DNA of 64,000 nt. Source: an uncultured Actinomycetota bacterium. Lineage in GTDB: Bacteria; Actinomycetota; Actinomycetes; Actinomycetales; Micrococcaceae. Under the pieces are notes generated by a model, which did no database searches, was not told the DNA's origin, and saw only the letters and a list, made by a program, of their open reading frames with translations. Position numbers and translations under genes: made by a program. Numbering within the stretch: position 1 is the first letter of the stretch; each line of letters starts with the position of its first letter. The stretch lies in the NCBI GenBank assembly GCA_963815415.1, contig CAWFGT010000011.1, positions 127,386 to 191,385 of the forward strand, written 5' to 3'. This document shows positions 40,837 to 50,682 of the stretch, one piece after another.

Positions 40837-41937
40837 GTGATCAGTGAGCGTACCCAGGACCGAGCATGGGCCGACGAGGCCATCCGCAGAATCAATGCCG
40901 AGAACAACCGGTCTGCCGATACCCACCTGTATTCGGTTCCGCTTCCGGAGCACTGGGGCGTCCAGCTGTATCTCAAGGACGAATCAACCCACCGCACCGG
41001 CAGCCTGAAACACCGGCTGGCCCGCTCCCTCTTCCTCTTCGGCCTGGTCAACGGCTGGATCAGGCAGGGCACCACCATCGTGGAAGCCTCCAGCGGGAGC
41101 ACCGCCGTCTCGGAAGCCTATTTCGCCCAGATGCTGGGCCTGCCGTTCATCGCGGTGATGGCCCGGACCACCAGCCGCGAGAAGATCTCCCTGATCGAAC
41201 AGTTCGGCGGATCCTGCCTGCTGGTGGATCACGCCTCGGAAGTCTACGACGTCGCCGCCGAGCTGGCCCGCAGCACCAACGGGCACTACATGGACCAATT
41301 TACGTACGCCGAGCGCGCCACCGATTGGCGGGGCAACAACAACATCGCCGAGTCGATCTTCGGCCAGCTGGCGCTGGAGGCCCATCCCGTTCCGGACTGG
41401 ATCGTGGTCGGCGCGGGAACCGGAGGAACCTCCGCCACCATTGGCCGGTACCTCCGCTATCAAAGCCATGACACCCGGCTGTGCGTTGTGGATCCGGAAA
41501 ACTCCGCGTTCCACCCCGGCTGGCAGGCGGCCCGCGACGGCGGCACGGACGCGGGCACTGCGGGCACCGCCCTGCCCTCCCGGATCGAGGGGATCGGCCG
41601 GCCCCGGCTGGAACCGAGCTTCGTCCCGTCCGTGATCGATCACATGATCGAGGTCCCGGACGCTGCCTCGGTGGCCGCCATGCGGCACCTGAACGAGCAC
41701 GCCGGCCTGCACGCCGGACCGTCCACCGGCACCAACCTGTGGGGCGTCTGGCAGCTTGTCGCCGGCATGATCGCCGACGGCCGCCACGGCAGCATCGTCT
41801 CTCTAATGTGCGACGGCGGGGAACGGTACGCCGGGAACTACTACAGCCCGGACTGGCTGCGCGGCCAGGACCTGGATCCGGCACCGCACGAGGCCGTCAT
41901 CGCCGAATTCTTCGCCACCGGGGTATGGCCGGCCTAG
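40837..41937 (+). CDS. PLP-dependent cysteine synthase-family (CysK/CBS-fold) enzyme
   Basis: 366 aa. PLP-lysine region [17 protein letters not shown] and a glycine loop ([12 protein letters not shown]). Exact reaction not assignable. GTG start. Confidence 0.85.
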   Translation: MISERTQDRAWADEAIRRINAENNRSADTHLYSVPLPEHWGVQLYLKDESTHRTGSLKHRLARSLFLFGLVNGWIRQGTTIVEASSGSTAVSEAYFAQMLGLPFIAVMARTTSREKISLIEQFGGSCLLVDHASEVYDVAAELARSTNGHYMDQFTYAERATDWRGNNNIAESIFGQLALEAHPVPDWIVVGAGTGGTSATIGRYLRYQSHDTRLCVVDPENSAFHPGWQAARDGGTDAGTAGTALPSRIEGIGRPRLEPSFVPSVIDHMIEVPDAASVAAMRHLNEHAGLHAGPSTGTNLWGVWQLVAGMIADGRHGSIVSLMCDGGERYAGNYYSPDWLRGQDLDPAPHEAVIAEFFATGVWPA

Positions 41938-41993
41938 GAAACCGGCAGGTTCCCGCCAGCGAGGGCCTACTCGCCGTCGCCCATCCGTTTCCC

Positions 41994-42650
41994 CTACACC
42001 TCCACCGACTCGCCGCTGTCCAGGTGCCGGTAGTCGGTCCCGTACTTCGCGCCGATCCGCGTCACGTGTCCCTCGACGAGTCCCAGCCCGGCCCCGTTGA
42101 GCAGGGCGTCGTGGATCTGGAAGGCCCGCGGCGCGCGGACTCCGATCACGAAGTCCACCACTTCGCCGACTTTGTTCCACGGCGCGTGGATCGGCACCAG
42201 GAGCGTCCGGACGTCCACGCCGTCGGGAATGACGAAGGAATCCCCTGGGTGGTACACATTGGAATCCACGAGGTATCCGATGTTCGCCACCACGGGAATC
42301 TGCGGGTGGATGAGGGCGTGCTGCCCGCCGAAGGTCCGGACCGCAAACCCGGCCGCGTCGAAGTCTTTCCCCGGAGCCACGGCGTGGATCCGGTCCGCGG
42401 CACCGTCCGCCTTTTCCCGCAGCTGGGCCGCAACCCCCTCCGGGGCAAAGAGCTCAAAGGTACCGCTGCCCAGCAGGGCCGCCACGACGGCGTCGACGTC
42501 CACATGGTCCGGGTGCTCGTGGGTGATCAGGACCGCGTCGGCCCCGGCAAGGGCCTGGTCCGTCTCAGAGAAAGTCCCCGGGTCCAGCACCAGGACCCGG
42601 CCGTCTTTTTCGAGGCGGACGCAGGCATGGGTGAATTTCGTGAGCTTCAT
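41994..42650 (-). CDS. MBL-fold metallo-hydrolase
   Basis: 218 aa. HxHxDH motif (ITHEHPDHVD). Confidence 0.85.
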   Translation of the reverse strand: MKLTKFTHACVRLEKDGRVLVLDPGTFSETDQALAGADAVLITHEHPDHVDVDAVVAALLGSGTFELFAPEGVAAQLREKADGAADRIHAVAPGKDFDAAGFAVRTFGGQHALIHPQIPVVANIGYLVDSNVYHPGDSFVIPDGVDVRTLLVPIHAPWNKVGEVVDFVIGVRAPRAFQIHDALLNGAGLGLVEGHVTRIGAKYGTDYRHLDSGESVEV

Positions 42651-42754
42651 CGGGCCAGCCTAGGCATCCGGCGTCCCGGTGTCCACGAAGCCGGCTGGTA
42701 ATCTTGAACCTTGCCACCACCTGCACCGACACCGTCACCGAAGCGAGTCCCATC

Positions 42755-43213
42755 ATGACCCAGGGCGCCACCACCGGCACCGGCCGGACCCCCGAGGCGC
42801 CGCCCGCCGCCGGCAAGGAACAGCGCGTAACGAAGCAGCGCCTGGCCGTCAGCGCCGCGCTGGATGATCTGGCGGACTTCGTCAGCACGCAGGAGCTCCA
42901 CCGCCTCCTGCAGGATGGCGACACCGCGGTGTCCCTGGCCACGACCTACAGGATCCTGCAGTCCCTCGCCGACGAAGGGCTTGTGGACGTGCTCCGCAAT
43001 GCCGAAGGGGAAGCTGTCTACCGGCGCTGCGCCGTGACCGGCCATCACCACCATCTCCTGTGCCGCAGCTGCGGCAAGGCCGTCGAGGTGGAAGCACCCG
43101 CCGTCGAGGCCTGGACCGCGCGGATCGCCCAGGAGCACGGCTTCACCCAGGTGGAGCACACGGTGGAAATCTTCGGTCTGTGCCCGTCCTGCACGGCCTC
43201 CGCCGGCACGTAG
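42755..43213 (+). CDS. zur: Fur-family repressor, probably zinc uptake regulator Zur
   Basis: Winged-helix region (LATTYRILQSLADEGLV), His cluster HHHH and two CxxC pairs (CRSCG, CPSC). Next to a znuACB-type transporter. ATG 42755 is preferred over the track start at 42704. Confidence 0.85.
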   Translation: MTQGATTGTGRTPEAPPAAGKEQRVTKQRLAVSAALDDLADFVSTQELHRLLQDGDTAVSLATTYRILQSLADEGLVDVLRNAEGEAVYRRCAVTGHHHHLLCRSCGKAVEVEAPAVEAWTARIAQEHGFTQVEHTVEIFGLCPSCTASAGT

Positions 43214-43345
43214 CGTCCGCGCGGCGCTGAATTTCCCCACCTTTGGCTCCGAGGTCCCTGTTGGCACCGGCGATTCGGCCGGACACGCCGCGGGCGGCGG
43301 CCAAACCTGGGGAATCCCAGCGGCCTCAGGCAGGAGCGGGAGTCC

Positions 43346-44236
43346 TCAGGCGGCCGGAACCGGGGAGCTCCGCAGCACCCGCCCGTTGGCGCCCCGCTTC
43401 ATCCGGTAGGTCCCGATGACGCGGCACACCACGTAGATCAGGAACGACAGCGTGGTCACGTAGGGGCTGATCGGAAGCCGCCCGCCGAGCGCCAGCATGA
43501 TGCCGCCGACAGTCGCCGTCAGGGCAAACACCACGCTCAGGGTCACCACCAGCCGTGGCGACGAGGTCACCCGCAGCGCGGCCGCCGCCGGCGTGATCAG
43601 CAGCGCCAGGACCAGCAGCGCGCCCACGATTTGAATGGACAGCGCCACGCTGACGCCCAGCAGCACCATAAAGCCGATGCCGAGGGCGCGGACCGGCACG
43701 CCGCGGGCGGTGGCGACGTCCGGGTCCACACTGGCAAAAGTGAGCGGCCGCCAGATGGCGAGGAGCACCAGCATGACGACGACGGCGGCGCCCGCCAGCA
43801 CCTGCAGCTGGACGGTTCCGACGGATACGATCTGCCCCGTGAGCAGGCCGAACTTGTTCGCGGCCCGGCCCTCGTAGAGGGACAGGAAGAGGATTCCCAG
43901 GCCGAGGCCGAACGGCATGATGACGCCGATGATCGAGTTCTTGTCGCGTGCCCGGACGCCCATCAGCCCGAGCACAAGCGCCGCGGTCACCGAGCCGGCG
44001 AGCGAGCCCAGGATGACGTCCGCCCCGATCAGCAGCGCAAAGGCGGCTCCCGCGAAGGACAGTTCGGAGATGCCGTGGACGGCGAATGCGAGGTCCCGCT
44101 TCATCACGAAGGTGCCCATGAGCCCGCCGAGGAGCCCGAGGACTGCCCCGGCCCAGATGGAGTTCTGGACCAGAACCAGCAGTTCGCCGTAGTTCTCGAA
44201 GTTGAAGATGGAGTTCAGCAGGGCGTCAAAATCCAC
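43346..44236 (-). CDS. znuB: Metal (Zn/Mn) ABC transporter permease
   Basis: 296 aa, polytopic, ABC-3 family pattern. The GTG start abuts the ATPase stop. Confidence 0.88.
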   Translation of the reverse strand: MDFDALLNSIFNFENYGELLVLVQNSIWAGAVLGLLGGLMGTFVMKRDLAFAVHGISELSFAGAAFALLIGADVILGSLAGSVTAALVLGLMGVRARDKNSIIGVIMPFGLGLGILFLSLYEGRAANKFGLLTGQIVSVGTVQLQVLAGAAVVVMLVLLAIWRPLTFASVDPDVATARGVPVRALGIGFMVLLGVSVALSIQIVGALLVLALLITPAAAALRVTSSPRLVVTLSVVFALTATVGGIMLALGGRLPISPYVTTLSFLIYVVCRVIGTYRMKRGANGRVLRSSPVPAA

Positions 44237-45052
44237 TCAGCCCACTTCCTCTGCTACTGCGTGGGAATCTTCATGGTGGTGCGTGGCGGCCTCCGGCAGG
44301 CCCACAACAATCAGCCGTCCGTTGGCTTGGATGACCTCCACGTGGCTGCAGTACAGCTCGGAGAGTACTTCGGTGGTCATGACCTCGGCGGGCGTGCCCA
44401 CACGGAACCGGCCGCCGGCCAGGTACAGGACGCGGTCCACGTAGTCCATGATCGGGTTGATCTCATGGGTCACGAACACGACGGCGCTGTCCCTCTCGTG
44501 GCACTGCTCGTTGATGAGGGCGCTGACCGCCTGCTGGTGCTGGAGGTCCAGGGACAGCAGGGGCTCGTCACAGAGGAGCACCGCCGGGTCCGTCGCCAGG
44601 GCCTGAGCCACGCGCAGCCGCTGCTGCTCGCCGCCGGAAAGCTGGCCGACCGGAACGTTGGCGTAGTCGGAGGCGCCGACGAGCCCGAGGAGCTCATCGA
44701 TCCGTCGGTTGGTTTTGGCGACGCCGGTCCGGAGGCCCCAGCGGTGGCCGTCGACGCCGAGACCGACAAGGTCCCGGGCGCGCAGCGGGGTGTCCGGATC
44801 GAACGATTTCTGCTGGGGGACGTAGCCGATGCGCCGGCTGCCGCGTTCCACGGGCCGGCCGCCAAGCACCGCCGTTCCGGAGCTCAGTTCCTGCAGCCCG
44901 AGCAGGACCTTCAGGAAGGTGGTTTTTCCGCTGCCGTTGGGGCCCAGCACGGCGAAAAATTCGCCGGCGTGGATGTCGAGATCCAGGCCTTCCCACAGGG
45001 TCCGCCGGCCAAACGCGAGAGAGGCGCCGCGGAGGCTCACTACCGGTGTCAA
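44237..45052 (-). CDS. znuC: Metal ABC transporter ATP-binding protein
   Basis: Walker A GPNGSGKTT, signature LSGGEQQR, Walker B LLLCDEP. The start is assigned to TTG 45052 (GAGGAA SD 7 nt upstream). The track extension to 45196 overlaps znuA. Confidence 0.88.
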   Translation of the reverse strand: MTPVVSLRGASLAFGRRTLWEGLDLDIHAGEFFAVLGPNGSGKTTFLKVLLGLQELSSGTAVLGGRPVERGSRRIGYVPQQKSFDPDTPLRARDLVGLGVDGHRWGLRTGVAKTNRRIDELLGLVGASDYANVPVGQLSGGEQQRLRVAQALATDPAVLLCDEPLLSLDLQHQQAVSALINEQCHERDSAVVFVTHEINPIMDYVDRVLYLAGGRFRVGTPAEVMTTEVLSELYCSHVEVIQANGRLIVVGLPEAATHHHEDSHAVAEEVG

Positions 45053-45150
45053 CTGAAGTTCCTCGATTTCCTGCGGAGCCGGATGCGCCCGCTGTTCCGA
45101 CCATCTTAGGCCGCGTCGCCGGCCGTCAGGGTGGTCCTGCCGTCCGCCGG

Positions 45151-46149
45151 TCAGCCCAGGGCGGCGGTGAGGCCGTCGACGTTGGCGGTCATCCACTCGA
45201 CGTAGGTCTGTCCGTCCGGCAGGGTCTCGCTGAAGTCCAGCACCGGAATTCCCGCGTCTTCGGCCGCTTTTTTCACGGCCAGGGTCTGCGGCCCTTCGGT
45301 CTGCGTGTTGTAGGCCAGCAGCCGGACAGCACCGGATCCTACGAGGTCAACCGTTTCCTTCAGGACCGCCGGCGGTACGTCGGCGTCATCCTCGATGGCG
45401 GACAGGTACTCGGCGGGGGTCTCGTTTTCCAGCCCTGCAGCCTCAAGCAGATACATTGGGACCGGCTCGGTCATGGCGACCGGAACGTGCGCGCCGGCCG
45501 GCCGGAGCCCCGCCAGCCGCTCTTCCAGCGGTCCCAGCGCGTCCTTGAAGGCCTCCGCGTTGGCCAGGAACGTTGGTGCCGCGGCAGGTTCAAGCTCTCC
45601 GAGTTTGGCCGCTATGGCGTCGGCGAGCCGGGACATGGCGGGCAGGCTGTACCAGACGTGTTCGTTGAACGAGCCTTCTCCGTGGCCGTGGCCTGCCTCG
45701 TCGGTGGCGGCCGGCGTTTGTGCGTCCATCGATTCCAGTCCGGATATTTCGACGGCGTTCAGAATTCTGCCATCGTCCATTCCGGTATCGTCCGCTAGCT
45801 TGCGGAGGAAGTTGTCATAGCCGCCGCCGTTCTCCACGACCACTTCCGCTTTGGAAACCGCCAGTTTGTCCTGCGTGGTGGCCTCGTAGGAGTGGGGGTC
45901 CTGGCTGATACGGGAGATGATCGAGGTGACCCGGACTTTGTCCCCTCCGATGGTAGTGACAATGTCCCCGTAGACGCTGGTGGACGCCACCACGTCCACG
46001 ACGCCGTCCCCGGCGCCGTCGCGGTTTCCATCTGCGGGGGTTCCGCAGGCGGTAAGCAGGAGCGTGATGCCGGCGACGGCGGAGACCATGGCGCGGGCAG
46101 CATGACGGCGCAAGGGAACCTCGGATCTGTTATTGAGAATCAGGAGCAA
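45151..46149 (-). CDS. znuA: Metal ABC transporter substrate-binding lipoprotein (ZnuA-like)
   Basis: Lipobox LLLTACG, cluster-9 SBP fold and an acidic/His-rich loop DEAGHGHGEGSFNEH typical of zinc-specific ZnuA. The start codon (TTG 46149) is uncertain. Confidence 0.85.
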   Translation of the reverse strand: MLLILNNRSEVPLRRHAARAMVSAVAGITLLLTACGTPADGNRDGAGDGVVDVVASTSVYGDIVTTIGGDKVRVTSIISRISQDPHSYEATTQDKLAVSKAEVVVENGGGYDNFLRKLADDTGMDDGRILNAVEISGLESMDAQTPAATDEAGHGHGEGSFNEHVWYSLPAMSRLADAIAAKLGELEPAAAPTFLANAEAFKDALGPLEERLAGLRPAGAHVPVAMTEPVPMYLLEAAGLENETPAEYLSAIEDDADVPPAVLKETVDLVGSGAVRLLAYNTQTEGPQTLAVKKAAEDAGIPVLDFSETLPDGQTYVEWMTANVDGLTAALG

Positions 46150-46159
46150 TAGCTCGAGT

Positions 46160-46196
46160 GTAGCCCTAAATAGGAATCATTCCTATTTAGGGCTAC
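46160..46196. promoter_or_regulatory. Perfect 18-1-18 palindrome; candidate Zur operator upstream of znuA
   Basis: GTAGCCCTAAATAGGAAT-C-ATTCCTATTTAGGGCTAC, 11 nt upstream of the znuA start and 11 nt downstream of the preceding gene's stop. AT-rich core TAGGAATCATTCCTA. Confidence 0.65.
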
Positions 46197-46207
46197 GCGG
46201 CCGTAAC

Positions 46208-47272
46208 CTAATGGTCCTGGCCAAGCCTCCGGTAGCCGGTGGCCTGGGTAGCATCCCTGATTTCGCCGACGAGTTCCTCAATGACGTCCTCCAGGAACAG
46301 CACACCCTGCGTCTTGCCGTCCACGCCGATCACGCGGGCCAGATGCGAGCCGGTGCGCTGCATCACGGACATTGCCTTCTCGATTTCGTCGTTCATGGCA
46401 AGGTTCGCGAGCGAGCGGATCCGGCTGTCCGCGACCGGTTGGTGGTAGGCGGATTCCGGGATGGAGAGCACATCCTTGATGTGGAGGTACCCGTAGAGCA
46501 TTCCGTCCTCGTCCAGCATCGGGAAACGCGAAAAGCCGGTTCGGCTCACGGCCTTCTCGAATTCGGCGGGGGTGGTGGTGCCCTTGAGCATGACCAGTTT
46601 CTCCAGCGGGACCATGACGCGGGCCGCCGTGTGCTCGGAGAATTCCAGCGCTCCGGTGATCAGCCCTGCGTCGTCGTCCACCAGCCCGTGGCGGGTGGAT
46701 TCCTGGACGATCGAGTGGACCTCCTCGAGGGTGAACGAGGAGTTGACTTCGTCCTTCGGTTCGATCCGCATCAGCTTGAGGATGTGGTTCGCGGACCAGT
46801 TCAGCACCGAAATGACCGGGTTGACCATCCGGGCGATGAACATCAGCGGCGGTGCCAGCAGCAGGGCTGCCTTGTCCGCGACGGAGACCGAAATGTTCTT
46901 GGGAACCATCTCGCCGAACGTGACGTGAAGGAAGGTCACCACCAGCAGTGCCAGGGCGAACGCCACGATGTCCGCGATCTCTATCGGGATGCCGACCGCG
47001 TGGAGCGGTACCGCCAGCAGGTGATGGATCGCCGGCTCGGCGACCTGCAGGATCAGCAGGGAGCATACGGTGATGCCCAGCTGCGCGCAGGCGAGCATCA
47101 GTGAGACGTTTTCCATCGCGCGCAGGGTGGTCTGCGCCCGCTTCGACCCGGCCTCGGCCAGCGGTTCGATCTGGCTGCGGCGGGCCGACATGACCGCGAA
47201 CTCGGCGGCGACGAAAAACGCGTTGCCGATCAGCAGGACGACGAGCCAGACAATTCCTGCCCAGTCACTCAT
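46208..47272 (-). CDS. CNNM/CorC-family (DUF21 + CBS pair) membrane protein, short form
   Basis: 354 aa. DUF21 N-terminus (LLIGNAFFVAAEFAVMSARRSQIE) and tandem CBS domains; no C-terminal CorC_HlyC domain. ATGA overlap with the upstream paralog. Confidence 0.85.
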   Translation of the reverse strand: MSDWAGIVWLVVLLIGNAFFVAAEFAVMSARRSQIEPLAEAGSKRAQTTLRAMENVSLMLACAQLGITVCSLLILQVAEPAIHHLLAVPLHAVGIPIEIADIVAFALALLVVTFLHVTFGEMVPKNISVSVADKAALLLAPPLMFIARMVNPVISVLNWSANHILKLMRIEPKDEVNSSFTLEEVHSIVQESTRHGLVDDDAGLITGALEFSEHTAARVMVPLEKLVMLKGTTTPAEFEKAVSRTGFSRFPMLDEDGMLYGYLHIKDVLSIPESAYHQPVADSRIRSLANLAMNDEIEKAMSVMQRTGSHLARVIGVDGKTQGVLFLEDVIEELVGEIRDATQATGYRRLGQDH

Positions 47273-48615
47273 GCGGCACCTGCCTGGCTGTCGGACTTTT
47301 CCCCGCTTGGATGCCGCCGTGCAGGGCGGAAGCAGATCCGGTCGATCCGCCGGCCGTCCATGCGGGTCACGCTCAGGGTGCCGCCGCCGACGTCGACGGT
47401 GTCACCTTCTGCCGCGATCCTGCCCAGCTTGCTCATGACGTAGCCTCCCACGGTTTCATAGCTGGCCTCGTCCGGCACGGTCAGGCCGGGGACTTGTTCG
47501 GAGAGCTCATCGGGACGCAGCAGCCCGGGGAAGTACCAGTCCCCCGCGGCGCTCTGCAGCAGACCGGGCCGGACCCTGTCGTGCTCATCGGCTACTTCAC
47601 CGACGATTTCCTCAACCAGGTCTTCCAGGGTGGCGATGCCGGCCGTGCCGCCGTATTCGTCCAGGACCACGGCGAGCTGGAGGTTGCCGCTGCCCTCGCG
47701 GAGCTCGGCGAGCAGCGCATCGAGGTGGATGGTTTCCGGCACGCGGAGCACCTCCGTCATGATGGCGCCTGCTTCCAGGTTCGCCCTCCGGTCGGCGGGC
47801 ACGGCAATGGCTTTCTTGATGTGGACCACACCGCGGATATCATCCGAGGATTCGCCGATGATAGGGAAACGGGAGTAGCCGGTGCGCTTGGCTGCCTCCA
47901 CAATGTCCGCCACCGACTGGTCGGCGTCGATCGTTTCGACCCTGATCCGGGGCGTCATGACGTCCGCGGCGGTCCGGCCCGAGAAGTTCAGCGTCCGGGC
48001 GATGAAGTTCGCCGTGCCGGCGTCGAGGGTACCCATGGCGGCGGAGCGGCGCACGAGGGAGGCCAGTTCGGCCGGGGTGCGTGCTCCGGAGATCTCTTCC
48101 TTGGCCTCCAGCCCGAAAACGTTCAGGACCTTGTTGGAGAAGCCGTTCAGGACCACGATTGCGGGTTTGAAGACGGCGGTGAAGACCAGTTGCGGGCGGG
48201 CGACGGCCTTGCCGATCGGGAACGACAATGCAATGGCCATGTTTTTCGGGACCAGCTCGCCGATCAGCATGGAGAGCAGCGTCGCGAGCGTCATGGCCAG
48301 GATCAGGGACACGGAGCCGGTCATCGCGGACGGGACCCCGACGGCGGCCAGCGGCCCTTCGAGCAGCTTGCCGACGGAGGGCTCCATCACGTAGCCGGTC
48401 AGCAGGGTGGTCATGGTGATGCCGAGCTGGCAGCTGGACAGCTGGGTGGACAGGGATTTGAGGCACTTCAGCAGCGGCTCGGCGGCCGTGTCTCCGTTGT
48501 CCACGGCGCGCTGCACCGTGGCCTGGTCCAGGGCTACGAGGGAGAACTCGACAGCCACAAAGAAGCCGGTGCCGAGGATCAGCAACAGGCCCGTTGCAAG
48601 GAGGATCCATTCCAT
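47269..48615 (-). CDS. CNNM/CorC-family (DUF21 + CBS pair + CorC_HlyC) membrane protein
   Basis: 448 aa. DUF21 (ILGTGFFVAVEFSLVALDQATV), CBS pair and a CorC_HlyC-like C-terminus (GDTVDVGGGTLSVTRMDGRRIDRI). Confidence 0.88.
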   Translation of the reverse strand: MEWILLATGLLLILGTGFFVAVEFSLVALDQATVQRAVDNGDTAAEPLLKCLKSLSTQLSSCQLGITMTTLLTGYVMEPSVGKLLEGPLAAVGVPSAMTGSVSLILAMTLATLLSMLIGELVPKNMAIALSFPIGKAVARPQLVFTAVFKPAIVVLNGFSNKVLNVFGLEAKEEISGARTPAELASLVRRSAAMGTLDAGTANFIARTLNFSGRTAADVMTPRIRVETIDADQSVADIVEAAKRTGYSRFPIIGESSDDIRGVVHIKKAIAVPADRRANLEAGAIMTEVLRVPETIHLDALLAELREGSGNLQLAVVLDEYGGTAGIATLEDLVEEIVGEVADEHDRVRPGLLQSAAGDWYFPGLLRPDELSEQVPGLTVPDEASYETVGGYVMSKLGRIAAEGDTVDVGGGTLSVTRMDGRRIDRICFRPARRHPSGEKSDSQAGAA

Positions 48616-48857
48616 TTAACGGCCTGCTTCCGGCGTGCCGGCTGACAGCAGGAGCCGCCGTGGTGCCGGCCTGAGTCCATGCCGGGGGAAACTGCCCGGC
48701 GGAGGATGGTCGGCGGAGACCGACGCTGTTTCCTGGAAGGCTCCGGGCTGGCGTGCCGCCGGAGCATGATGGGCGCGTGAACGGGGTTTGCCGGCTCTGC
48801 GGGTGGACTGCGCGGGAACGGATTCCGTTCCTCGCTGACAGCCCCCAGGCCGGCACC
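48616..48857 (-). promoter_or_regulatory. Structured 5' leader of the CNNM operon (candidate cis-regulatory RNA, class unknown)
   Basis: Non-coding; only an Arg-rich nonsense ORF is present. A 12-bp long-range helix, GGUGCCGGCCUG (48857-48846) with CAGGCCGGCACC (48673-48662), encloses ~170 nt containing several local hairpins. A final hairpin, CCUGCU...GCCGGAAGCAGG, covers the purine-rich stretch 10-18 nt before the ATG. Confidence 0.4.
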
Positions 48858-48915
48858 TAGATTTACTGTCCATAAGAGTTTCAGTCTACAGGGAGCGGAT
48901 CACCTGTCCCGGCGG

Positions 48916-50376
<1,461 letters not shown>

Positions 50377-50682
50377 TTATATAGGGCAGGCAGGGAGGTA
50401 TGCCCGTTCGTGACACGCATTCCCGGCGCCACGGGTGGCTCCCCTGCGATTCTAGGCGAGGTTTACTCCCTCCGCGGCGACGGAGCAGCGCCCGGTCCGG
50501 ACCCCGCCGTGAGGGCGTTTTCGGCCACATCATGATTTGAGTCACGCTTATTGGTGGTTTGGCGAGAATCGTCATTAGACTGGCATGGGTCTGGGTTCAC
50601 TGGACGTAAAAATGGTTCGTCCGTCGTGCCGACGCACCGTGGAATCAGCGGGAATCAAACTCATGGAAGAGGCGTATTTCAA

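Noticed and set aside
43631-45109. 492-aa plus-strand ORF
   Set aside because: Antisense to the znuB and znuC genes.
48860-48888. Promoter TAGACT-N17-TAAATC for the CNNM leader, as a stand-alone feature call
   Set aside because: The spacing is ideal but the -10 lacks the conserved final T. It is mentioned in the leader finding only as tentative support.
48616-48915. Assignment of the CNNM leader to M-box, cobalamin, c-di-AMP (ydaO), SRP or 6S RNA
   Set aside because: Individual fragments (UAGGUG, GGAACGGAAUCCG, GUCAGCC...GGAAGCAGG) are reminiscent of these families. I could not align the full set of conserved blocks of any family by eye, so the class is left open pending a covariance-model search.
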